Source: Phycisphaera mikurensis NBRC 102666 (GTDB taxonomy: Bacteria; Planctomycetota; Phycisphaerae; Phycisphaerales; Phycisphaeraceae). Taken from it: a DNA stretch of 32,000 bases. The stretch lies in assembly GCF_000284115.1 (NCBI RefSeq), contig NC_017080.1:2070001-2102000 (forward strand). Reading direction: 5' to 3'. This document shows, piece after piece, positions 16,515 through 24,060 of the stretch; the stretch's first letter is position 1; every line of letters begins with the position of its first letter. Position numbers and translations under genes: made by a program. The notes under the pieces are model-generated. The model did not search any database. It had not been told where the DNA came from and was given only the letters and a program-made list of their open reading frames with translations.

Positions 16515-16765
16515 TGGGCACCGCCTTCCGCGAGGGGGGCGGCGGCTTCGGCCTGCCGGGCGTCGGCCCAGCGTTGAAGCTCCGCACGGTTGAACAGGCG
16601 GCAGGTGCCCAGCTTGAAGCTCGGGAGCGTGCCGGCCGCCGCCAGCTCCTTCACCGTCCGCTCGGACAGGCACAGCACCGCGGCGGCTTGCTTCGCCCGC
16701 AGGGTGATCGGCACCAGCACCGCCTCGGGCGGCGCGGCCTTCGGGTCGTCGGGGGTCGCCAGCAT
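16511..16765 (-). CDS. excisionase-family helix-turn-helix DNA-binding protein (Xis/AlpA-like)
   Basis: ATG 16765, 84 aa. ITLRAKQAAAVLCLSERTVKELAAAGTLPSFKLGTCRLFNRAELQRW fits the excisionase-type HTH pattern (L..S..T......G.LP..K.G....F....L..W). Confidence 0.7.
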   Translation of the reverse strand: MLATPDDPKAAPPEAVLVPITLRAKQAAAVLCLSERTVKELAAAGTLPSFKLGTCRLFNRAELQRWADARQAEAAAPLAEGGAH

Positions 16766-16767
16766 GT

Positions 16768-17010
16768 TCACGCGGCACCGCCTTCCGCGTCGCCGGCGGC
16801 GCGGGCCAGCAGGCACCGCTTCACGGCTTCCACGTTGAACAGCAGGCGGCGGCCGGCTCGAAGGTGCGGGATCCGGCCGGCGGCCGTTTCTTCCTTCAGC
16901 CACGCCGCGGGGATCTTCAGGCGCCGGGCGAGGGCCGGCAGCGCCACCAGGTCGGTAGGTGTTTCATTCATGCCCGCCACGTTGCTCGGCAGCGGGCGGC
17001 TCCCGGTCAC
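16768..17010 (-). CDS. second excisionase-family HTH protein
   Basis: LPALARRLKIPAAWLKEETAAGRIPHLRAGRRLLFNVEAVKRCL matches the same HTH pattern. The track start is GTG 17010. ATG 16971 (MNETPTD...) is an equally plausible start. Confidence 0.65.
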   Translation of the reverse strand: MTGSRPLPSNVAGMNETPTDLVALPALARRLKIPAAWLKEETAAGRIPHLRAGRRLLFNVEAVKRCLLARAAGDAEGGAA

Positions 17011-17037
17011 CTCCCGGGCGTTTTTCGGGCGGTTTTC

Positions 17038-17568
17038 CTACAACTTCGGCGTTTCAGGCGGTTGCAGCGTGTAGCGGCCTTGCGTCGGCGTCACCACCAG
17101 CGTTCTCCAGGCATCATGGTTGCGGAACCAGTCCGACGGCTTCGCGCTCTCGCGTGCCCCCACGCGGTCCCGCAGGGTCTCCACAGACAGCGGCCGCCGC
17201 CCATCCTCGTACGCCTCCCAAAGCGCCCGGATGCACCGGCGTTGCATCGGCCGCGGGAAGTCGAAGGTCTTCGCGCCCCACCGGAACGTCTCGAAGTCGG
17301 GGCCGGGCGCCATGCCCGGGCCGGCAGCCGCCTCACGCTCCGCTGCCGTCGCCGGCAGCCCCGGACCGCTTCCCGCCACCTTCAGCCGACCCACCGCCCG
17401 CCGGCACACGTCGGCCACCTCCTCCACCCGGGCCGGGTCCGTCTCCAGGTCCTTCACGGTCCACCCGAAGGGCTCCGGGTCCAGCCTTTGCTCCCGCACC
17501 ACCTCCAGCACCATCGGGAGCGCCAGCTCGTACGCAGCATCCGTGATCGCCAGCGCCTCCCGGCGCAT
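17038..17568 (-). CDS. hypothetical protein; the C-terminal third is weakly winged-helix-like
   Basis: 176-aa ORF with coding-like third-position bias. The C-terminus (PMQRRCIRALWEAYEDGRRPLSVETLRDRVG...WRTLVVTPTQGRYTL) resembles OmpR-type wHTH spacing. This rests on pattern resemblance only. Confidence 0.6.
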   Translation of the reverse strand: MRREALAITDAAYELALPMVLEVVREQRLDPEPFGWTVKDLETDPARVEEVADVCRRAVGRLKVAGSGPGLPATAAEREAAAGPGMAPGPDFETFRWGAKTFDFPRPMQRRCIRALWEAYEDGRRPLSVETLRDRVGARESAKPSDWFRNHDAWRTLVVTPTQGRYTLQPPETPKL

Positions 17569-17601
17569 CTTCAGCTCCGCGCGTGCCTCTCTTGCGCCCG
17601 C

Positions 17602-18204
17602 CTACGCGTCCGGCAGGTCGCCGCCCAAGTCCGGGTCACGCTTCGCCCGCCTCACGCGGTCGTTGCTCCAACCCAGCGTCTCCGCTGCCACCCGCTCCGC
17701 CTCCCGCGCCTCCAGCAGCCCCTTCAGTGTGCCCGGGAAGCCTTGCACCGCCAGCCGCGGGCACCATGGCCGTTGCACCTCCACCGCCGCGGCCCGCCGA
17801 ACCCGCCGCACGTCGGCGTACCACGCCTCCCGCCGGGGGTCCGCCACCCGCAGGCAGTCCAGGCTCGTACCCAGCGTCTCCGCCTCGATGCCCCACCGGG
17901 CCGCCGCGTCCTCCACCGGGGCAAGGTTCGCCGCGAACGTCCGCGACAGCCGCGACGGCACGTCCGCCAGCTTCCCCAGCCGCTCCCGTGCCCGGGCCGC
18001 CGTCGCGTCCGCCTCCGCTCGGGCGGGGCTCCCCTCGGGCAGCGCGGCCGCCGTCGCTCGGGCTCCGCGGTCGGTCGCGTCCGCGTCAGCGCATTGCTCC
18101 AGGGCCTCTACATACTCCGCCGGCAGCTCCAGCAGCCGGGCAGCCGCCGCGTCCACCGCCTGCGCTTCAGCCGCCCGGCGTTGCCCCTCCAGTGTGTCTC
18201 GCAT
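17602..18204 (-). CDS. hypothetical protein (element-encoded)
   Basis: 200-aa ORF starting at an ATG preceded by GAAGGCAGGA. Coding-like bias. No motif recognised. Confidence 0.6.
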   Translation of the reverse strand: MRDTLEGQRRAAEAQAVDAAAARLLELPAEYVEALEQCADADATDRGARATAAALPEGSPARAEADATAARARERLGKLADVPSRLSRTFAANLAPVEDAAARWGIEAETLGTSLDCLRVADPRREAWYADVRRVRRAAAVEVQRPWCPRLAVQGFPGTLKGLLEAREAERVAAETLGWSNDRVRRAKRDPDLGGDLPDA

Positions 18205-18567
18205 GGTCCTGCCTTCGGTGGAAACGGCCGGGCCCCGCGTCTCACCCAGGCAGGGAGGGAACGCAGGGCCCGTACGGCGCGGATCAGGCGCCTACCGGTC
18301 GGGATCGTAGCGGCGGGCGGCTCGGCTCCACCCCGGCGGCCAAAGAAAGAAACAGAATCCACATCCTCGACTGTTCCCCACGGTCTCAGCGGGCGAATCG
18401 TTCGCCAGGAAGGACCCAAACGCCCCCCCTAGGGCCGCCTCCTGCCCGTCGTCAGTTCCGGGGGCCACCAGGGCCGGAACGGTCCGCCAGGCTCTCACGG
18501 TGCCGCGTCGCCGCTGCCCGGGCATCCTCCTGAGCCGCCGCGGGCAGCTTCCGCCACGCCGCCGGGT

Positions 18568-19089
18568 TCATCGCCGCCGGATCCGCCCACAGCCCCGACC
18601 CGCTGCCCGGGCCTCCGCCGCCAGTGTCTCCAGGTCCGGCCGGTCCGCGTGTTGCCACCGCCAGGCGTGCCCCGCCTCCACCAGCCCGGCGCCCAAGTCG
18701 CGCCCGCCATCGTGCCGCACCTCCGCCAGCCGCCGGCCCCAGCGGTCCCGATCGTCGCCCACCAGCTCCACCGCCTCGCCTTCCTCCAGCGCCGCCCAGG
18801 CCCACGCCGTCGCCGCGTCACCTCCAGGCTGCGCTCGCTCGGGGGCGTCGATGCCCAGCACCCGCACCCGCACCACCTCGCCCGCGGGGTCCACCACGTC
18901 CACCGTGTCGCCGTCCACCACCCGGGCCACCCGGAACGGGGGCAGCTCTTCCGGCGTCACCGCCAGCGGGGCCTCGGGCACCGCCTCGGCAGGGGGGCGG
19001 CTCGGCACCGCCGGCGGCCGCATCGTCCACACCACCAGCAGCAGGCCCACCAGCAGCACCAGGCATAGAAGGGTCCGGGGGCTCACCAC
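18568..19089 (-). CDS. membrane-anchored staphylococcal-nuclease-like (SNase/thermonuclease) protein, truncated by a frameshift relative to the family
   Basis: N-terminal TM segment LLCLVLLVGLLLVVW. SNase core: RVVDGDTVDV, RVRVLGIDAPE, DRWGRRLAEV. The family's C-terminal GLWADP....WRK motif is encoded in the -1 frame (track ORF 18452..18805), downstream of a C4 run at 18593-18596. The intact gene would span 18452-19089. Confidence 0.7.
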   Translation of the reverse strand: MVSPRTLLCLVLLVGLLLVVWTMRPPAVPSRPPAEAVPEAPLAVTPEELPPFRVARVVDGDTVDVVDPAGEVVRVRVLGIDAPERAQPGGDAATAWAWAALEEGEAVELVGDDRDRWGRRLAEVRHDGGRDLGAGLVEAGHAWRWQHADRPDLETLAAEARAAGRGCGRIRRR

Positions 19090-19312
19090 CCGACGCTACC
19101 GCCGCTCGGGTCCGCCGCGACACTCCGCCGCACCCGGACCGCGGGAATGCCCGTGAAGGGCCCGCGGCCGGCCGCTGCGCTTTCTCCCTTACTTGCCCGT
19201 CGGCTTCGCTCGGGCGCGGGTCATGGGCTCCCGCGTCCGCACCGCAGCGGGGGCACCCCTCGGGAGGGACCCCTGCCGGTGCATCCGCCACCCGGCAGGC
19301 ACGCCCGGCTTC

Positions 19313-19627
19313 TCACGCGGCCGGCTCCGGGGGCGGCTCGGGCTCTTCCTCGCCCACCAGCCGCAGCACCGGCTCCCCCGCGGGGCCGCTTGCCCCCGAG
19401 CCGCCGCCACGCTCCAGGGAGGCCACCGCCGCCTCCAGCTCCGCGAGGTCGGCCCGCGCCGCCAGCGTCCCCACCCGGCGCCGGAGGTCCGCCCGCCGCT
19501 TCTCTTGTGCCGGCAGTTCCTCCATCGCCCGCACCACCCCCCGCAGTTGCGGCATCGTCAGGCGGGCCAGCGCCTCGCCTCCCCGCTCCAGCAGCTCCGC
19601 GCGGGTCATCCGGTCGTAGTCGCTCAC
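19313..19627 (-). CDS. hypothetical protein (element-encoded)
   Basis: 104 aa. GTG 19627 overlaps a TGA at 19624-19626 (GTGA), implying an upstream coupled reading frame. Coding-like bias. No motif recognised. Confidence 0.6.
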   Translation of the reverse strand: MSDYDRMTRAELLERGGEALARLTMPQLRGVVRAMEELPAQEKRRADLRRRVGTLAARADLAELEAAVASLERGGGSGASGPAGEPVLRLVGEEEPEPPPEPAA

Positions 19628-19832
19628 GCCTCACCCCCTGCCCGAGCCGCCGCCGCCTCCACCCGGGCCTGAAGCTCCGCCACCACGCGGGGCAGCTCAC
19701 CGGCAGGCAGCAGGCCCACCAGCTCCCGAGCCTCCGCCCGCAGGGCCTCACGGCCACCCGCTGCGCCACGCGCACCACCCGGCGCACCACTGCCCCCCGG
19801 TTTTCCCGCCTCACGGGGCTCCAGGGCCGATT

Positions 19833-19858
19833 GTTCGACTCCCCTAGGGGGTAAGGGT
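19833..19858. repeat. attR: second copy of the 26-bp repeat
   Basis: GTTCGACTCCCCTAGGGGGTAAGGGT, identical to 11991-12016. Flanking bases differ on both sides. Confidence 0.9.
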
Positions 19859-19881
19859 GCCGGTTGGCACAGGCTCGAGTG

Positions 19882-19906
19882 CCCCGGCGCGACGCGCCGG
19901 GGCTTT
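19882..19906 (+). terminator. hairpin + CTTT; probable native tRNA-Glu terminator displaced by the insertion
   Basis: CCCCGGCGC (19882-19890) pairs with GCGCCGGGG (19894-19902) around loop GAC, followed by CTTTGG. It begins 24 nt after attR, where a terminator would sit if the tRNA were uninterrupted. Confidence 0.45.
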
Positions 19907-20019
19907 GGCCTGCGCCGTGGCCGGAGGCACGGCTCGCATCGGATTGCGGAGCCAGAGACGCAGCCGGAGACGGAGACGCGGCGGGTCTCGCCCGCGCCCG
20001 CGCGGCGTACGCTCGGCGG

Positions 20020-22458
20020 ATGCACGCGTGGTGGGAGCAGCAGATCCGGTTGCCGTCCGGCTTCCCGGGCCTCCGCCCCGGCGGCCTCGGGGCGGCCGCG
20101 GGGCCGCGGAGGCGCGGCCGCCTCCGCTGGCTGCTCGCCCTGCTGGTCGTGGCGGCGGCCCCGCTGCGGGTGTGGCCGCAAGAGCCGGCCGCGGCGGCGA
20201 GCCCCGGCGGGGTCTCCTTCACGAGTCCGCTCTTGGAGGCCGGCCTGGCGGGCGTGACGAGCCCCGGCGCCTGGACGCCGCTGCTCGTGGAGCTGCAGAA
20301 CGCGGGCGACGCCGACCTGGACCTGACGCTGGTGTGGTCGCTGCCGGACGCGGCGGGCGACACCGCGGAGATGGTGCGGCGGCTGCCGGTGCCCGCGGGC
20401 CGTTCGGCGGCGGCCTGGCTCTACGGCGTGCCGCGGCCCGGGCCGCCGCCGGCCGACGGCTGGCCCGTCGTGGCGCTCGACGCCGGCGGCGCCGTCGTCG
20501 CCGCGGCCGCGGCGCGAGCGGACCCGACGCGCCGGCTGGACACCGGCGAGGAACTGATCCTGCAGCTCTCCGGCAGCGACCTGGGGCTGGGGGACTACCA
20601 GCGGCAGGCGGCGAGCCACGCGAAGCGGAGGCTTCTGCGGGGGTTGCGGCTGGACGAGCTGCCGGACCGGGCGCAGGGGCTGCAGGCCGTGGGCGCGATC
20701 GTCTGGGCGGCCGACGGCGGCGGGGATCCGACGGCCGCCGGCGTGCCGGCGGCCGCCCTGGGGGCGTGGATCCGCGGCGGCGGGCACCTCGTCGTGGTGC
20801 TTCCGGCGGTGGGAGAGCGGTGGACGCAGTCGCCGCTCGCGGCGCTGCTGCCGCTGCCGGCGGGCACGGCCCCCCGGCGTGGCGAGGTGGAGCTGCCGAC
20901 GCTGGGCGTGGTCCGCCCGGCGGACGCCGACGCCGCGCAGGCCTGGATCTTGCCCGACCGCGACGCCGAGGTGCTGCTGCGGGCGGCGTCCGGCGAAGCG
21001 CTCGTCACGTCCGCACGCCGCGGCTTCGGCAAGGTCACGCTGGTGGGCCTGGACCTCACGGCCGCGGCGTACCGCGACGCGGGCCTGCCCAGCGGCACGA
21101 CACGGTTCTGGAACGACGTTTTCGGCTGGTCCGACCCGGCGGTGAGCGAGCGGCGGGAGGCGGTGCTGCGTGGGCAGGTGGCCGCGACCCCGCCGCAGAT
21201 CCAGCCGGCGCGGAACCTGCCGGCGGTGGAGGTGGGCGGCTTCATCGAGCGCTCCCTGGGCCTGCGCGGCAGCGTCTCGACGGCGTTGACGGTGCTGCTG
21301 GGCGTGCTCGTGCTGCTGCCGGTCGCGCTCGGGGCCCTCTCCCTGCGGGGGCGCACGGCCGGGCGCGGGGAGGCGGCCGCGGTGCTTGCCAGCCCGCGCC
21401 GCTGGGCCTGGCCGCTGTTCGCGCTCGCGTGCGTGGGGGCCGCGGGCCTCGCCGCGGCGGTGGCTTTCGCGGGGAGGCCCACGGGGCCTTCCGCGATCCA
21501 CCAGAGCGTGGTGGACCTCGACCCGGCGGCCGGTGCCCGCCGCACCCGCTCCTGGGTGTCGCTGTTCGTCCCGGGCTTCGGGCGGGCGGCGGTGGAGCTC
21601 CGCGGCGAAGGAGAAGCCGGTGCCACGCTCCTCTCGACGGCCGGCGTCCGCAGCGGCGGCGGCGGCTTCCTCGATCCGCAGGCCTACCGCGTCGACGCGG
21701 CGGACCCGCGGGCGGCCGAGCTCCCGCTGCGGTCGACCACACGACCGCTCCGACTCGACCACGCCGAGCGGGACCTGCCCGCGGCCGGCAGCAACCGGGC
21801 GCGGCTGATCGGCACCGCCGAGCACGCGCCGGGGACGCCGCGGCTGCGTGCGACGCTGGAGAGCTCGCTCGCCGCGGACCTCAAGGACGTGCTGATCGTC
21901 TACTGCCCCGGCGAAGGCTTCGCCGGCTCGACGCAGAAGCCGCTCCCGCCGCGGGCCTGGCGGTACGAGCCGGCCGGCGGCGGGACGGTCGGCGTCTGGC
22001 CTGCTGGCGCGACGCTGGAGGTCGACGGCGTGCCGCCCCGGGCGGTGCCGCTCTCCGTCGCGGCGCCGCTGGGCGAGGCCGGCGCCGGCTTCAACGCGTC
22101 CGGCTGGCTCAACGCGGTGCTCGACCAGGGCGGCCTCGCCGCCGCCGCGGACCGCGGGCTCGAACCGTCCCTGGCCGATCCGGTCCGCGCCGGCGAGGCG
22201 CTGAGCTTCTTCGGCCGCCTTCCGCCGCCCGACGTCAACACGGTCGTTCCCCCCTTCGCCGCGAGGCTGCAGCGTGCCCTCCCGGGCCTGGTCGGCCTCG
22301 ACCTGTCGCACCTCACCGGCGGGCCGCGGCTCATCGTCCTCGGCCACGCGGAGGGCGACCCGCTCCCGGTGCCGCTGCGGGTCGACGGCCAGGTCCCGCC
22401 GTCCTCCGGCCGGACGCTGTACCGGGTGATCGTCGACCTCGAGCCCGCCGGCTCCTGA
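20020..22458 (+). CDS. large hypothetical membrane protein (N-terminal signal/anchor, two central TM helices)
   Basis: Track ORF 19864..22458 trimmed to ATG 20020. The track start is 6 nt from attR and runs through the hairpin at 19882. Hydrophobic segments: LRWLLALLVVAAAPL, ALTVLLGVLVLLPVALGAL, WAWPLFALACVGAAGLAAAVAFAG. No catalytic motif recognised. An ABC ATPase gene follows 44 nt downstream. Confidence 0.65.
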   Translation: MHAWWEQQIRLPSGFPGLRPGGLGAAAGPRRRGRLRWLLALLVVAAAPLRVWPQEPAAAASPGGVSFTSPLLEAGLAGVTSPGAWTPLLVELQNAGDADLDLTLVWSLPDAAGDTAEMVRRLPVPAGRSAAAWLYGVPRPGPPPADGWPVVALDAGGAVVAAAAARADPTRRLDTGEELILQLSGSDLGLGDYQRQAASHAKRRLLRGLRLDELPDRAQGLQAVGAIVWAADGGGDPTAAGVPAAALGAWIRGGGHLVVVLPAVGERWTQSPLAALLPLPAGTAPRRGEVELPTLGVVRPADADAAQAWILPDRDAEVLLRAASGEALVTSARRGFGKVTLVGLDLTAAAYRDAGLPSGTTRFWNDVFGWSDPAVSERREAVLRGQVAATPPQIQPARNLPAVEVGGFIERSLGLRGSVSTALTVLLGVLVLLPVALGALSLRGRTAGRGEAAAVLASPRRWAWPLFALACVGAAGLAAAVAFAGRPTGPSAIHQSVVDLDPAAGARRTRSWVSLFVPGFGRAAVELRGEGEAGATLLSTAGVRSGGGGFLDPQAYRVDAADPRAAELPLRSTTRPLRLDHAERDLPAAGSNRARLIGTAEHAPGTPRLRATLESSLAADLKDVLIVYCPGEGFAGSTQKPLPPRAWRYEPAGGGTVGVWPAGATLEVDGVPPRAVPLSVAAPLGEAGAGFNASGWLNAVLDQGGLAAAADRGLEPSLADPVRAGEALSFFGRLPPPDVNTVVPPFAARLQRALPGLVGLDLSHLTGGPRLIVLGHAEGDPLPVPLRVDGQVPPSSGRTLYRVIVDLEPAGS

Positions 22459-22501
22459 CGCGTCCCCGCCCCCGCTCGCTCCCGCCGCCACCGTCCCGCC
22501 G

Positions 22502-23473
22502 ATGATCTCCACCACCAACCTCACGAAGCGGTACGGCGACGTGATGGCGCTCACCAACTTGAACCTGCAGATCGAGGCGGGGCAGGCGTTCGGCTTCATC
22601 GGCCCCAACGGCGCCGGCAAGACGACGACGATCAAGATCCTCGCGACCCTGCTCCGCCCGACCTGGGGCGAGGCCCGCGTCGACGGGCTCTCGGTCGGGC
22701 CGGTCAACGCCCGCCAGGTGCGGCGGATCATCGGCTACGTGCCCGACTACTTCGGCACGTACCAGGACATGGTCGTCGCGGAGTACCTCGGCTTCTTCGC
22801 CGCCGCCTACGGCCTCGACGGCGGCACGCGGAAGCGGGCGATCGCCGACGTGCTCGAGCTGGTCGGCCTCACCGACAAGGCCGACGCCGACGTGAACGCG
22901 CTCTCCCGCGGGATGCAGCAGCGGCTCTCGGTGGCGCGCGTCCTGCTGCACGACCCGAAGGTGCTGCTGCTGGACGAGCCCGCGTCGGGGCTGGACCCGC
23001 GGGCCCGCGTGGAGATGCGCGAGCTGCTCAAGGAGCTGCACGCGATGGGCAAGACGATCCTGATCTCCTCGCACATCCTGCTCGAGCTCGCCGACCTCTG
23101 CGACGTCGTGGGCATCATCGAGTCCGGCGAGATGCGCTTCACCGGCACCGTGAACGCGCTGATGGCCCGGGTGCAGCCCGATCGCGTGCTGCGGGTGGGC
23201 GTGCCGGCGCAGGCGGAGGCGGCCGCCGGCGTGCTCGCGGCGGTGCCGGGGGTGGCAAACGCGGCCGCGGAGGGTCCCGGTGTCCGGGTGACGCTGCGTG
23301 AGGACGCGCCCGCGGACGTGCGGCAGCGGGTGGCCGCGGCGGTCGTCGGCGGCGGCTACCCGCTGGAGAGCCTGAGCGAGGAGAAGCTGAACCTGGAGGC
23401 GGCGTTCATGAAGCTGACGCGTGAACTGGCGGCGGCGCCGCCGCCCGCTCCGGCGGGGTCCGCGGCCGGCTGA
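22502..23473 (+). CDS. ABC transporter ATP-binding protein (ABC-2/DrrA-like, with C-terminal accessory domain)
   Basis: Walker A GPNGAGKTT, signature LSRGMQQRL, Walker B LLLDEPASGLD, H-loop SSHIL. Confidence 0.9.
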   Translation: MISTTNLTKRYGDVMALTNLNLQIEAGQAFGFIGPNGAGKTTTIKILATLLRPTWGEARVDGLSVGPVNARQVRRIIGYVPDYFGTYQDMVVAEYLGFFAAAYGLDGGTRKRAIADVLELVGLTDKADADVNALSRGMQQRLSVARVLLHDPKVLLLDEPASGLDPRARVEMRELLKELHAMGKTILISSHILLELADLCDVVGIIESGEMRFTGTVNALMARVQPDRVLRVGVPAQAEAAAGVLAAVPGVANAAAEGPGVRVTLREDAPADVRQRVAAAVVGGGYPLESLSEEKLNLEAAFMKLTRELAAAPPPAPAGSAAG

Positions 23474-23530
23474 CCGGCCCGGCCGGCGACTCCGCGGCCG
23501 CGTCTTCCCCCCGCTCCGCCCGCCGGCCGC

Positions 23531-24022
23531 TCAGGCGCCGCGGTCGTTGTCGGCCTCCATCGCCTGCAGCATCCAGAGGTGCTCCTCGACCTCCTGGCCG
23601 ATCGCGATGAGCTGATCCTCGGTGAGCGGGTCGGTGTCGCCGGTGACCTCGATGCTCTGCCGCAGCCGCTGGCTCACCGCCAGCAGGACGTCGCACATCC
23701 GCGTGAGGGTGGTCGGCACGTTCTGGAAGCCATCGGGGTAGCCGGGCTGCGGGGCGTCGCTCGCGACGGCGCCGGGCCGGCCATCGGGCGAGAAGCCCAG
23801 TTGGGCCATCCGCTCGGCGACGGTGTCGGCGCCCTCGCGGGCCGACTTCACGACGTCGTCGAGCTTCTCGTGGACGGAGAGGAACTGCGTGCCGAAGACG
23901 TTCCAATGGGCCTGCTTGGCCTCCAGGGCGAGGCCGATCAGGCTCACCAGCACGGGCTGGAGGGCGTCGGCGGTGGTCTTGGCGTGCTCTTCGGAGAGCG
24001 GATTGCGGGGGAAAAAGCTCAT
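23531..24022 (-). CDS. dps: Dps family DNA-protection/ferritin-like protein
   Basis: Trimmed to ATG 24022 (163 aa). Ferroxidase-site pattern: EAKQAHWNVFG..F..VHEKLDD...D..AER. Length and motifs are typical of Dps. Confidence 0.9.
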   Translation of the reverse strand: MSFFPRNPLSEEHAKTTADALQPVLVSLIGLALEAKQAHWNVFGTQFLSVHEKLDDVVKSAREGADTVAERMAQLGFSPDGRPGAVASDAPQPGYPDGFQNVPTTLTRMCDVLLAVSQRLRQSIEVTGDTDPLTEDQLIAIGQEVEEHLWMLQAMEADNDRGA

Positions 24023-24060
24023 GGGCCGACAGTAGGAGCGGGAGCAACGCGGACGTGGGC

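Larger units (their letters stand above)
11991..19858. mobile_element. integrated element of about 7.9 kb (satellite-like or minimal integrative island) in tRNA-Glu
   Basis: Perfect 26-bp direct repeats lie at both ends. A tyrosine integrase sits next to attL. All internal genes are on the minus strand: int, unknown, Zn-finger/TOPRIM/DUF3987 replication protein, two Xis-type HTH genes, two unknowns, an SNase-like nuclease, and one or two small unknowns. I recognise no capsid, terminase, tail, lysis or conjugation genes. Confidence 0.8.

Noticed and set aside
19189-19410. 73-aa minus-strand ORF between the nuclease and the 104-aa gene
   Set aside because: It overlaps the 3' end of the 19313-19627 gene in another frame and is Arg/Pro/Gly/Ala-rich. 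Its unique part is only ~40 codons. The region fits better as a hairpin-containing (CCTGCCGG/CCGGCAGG, 19273-19300) intergenic spacer.
19624-22731. ORF 19624..22731 (1035 aa, minus), ORF 19857..22505 (882 aa, plus), and the track start 19864 for the membrane protein
   Set aside because: Both are RPG-rich shadows of the 20020-22458 gene. Only the last 69 codons of the minus ORF (inside the element) look coding, and these are discussed separately. The 19864 start lies 6 nt from attR and runs through a terminator-like hairpin, so ATG 20020 is preferred.
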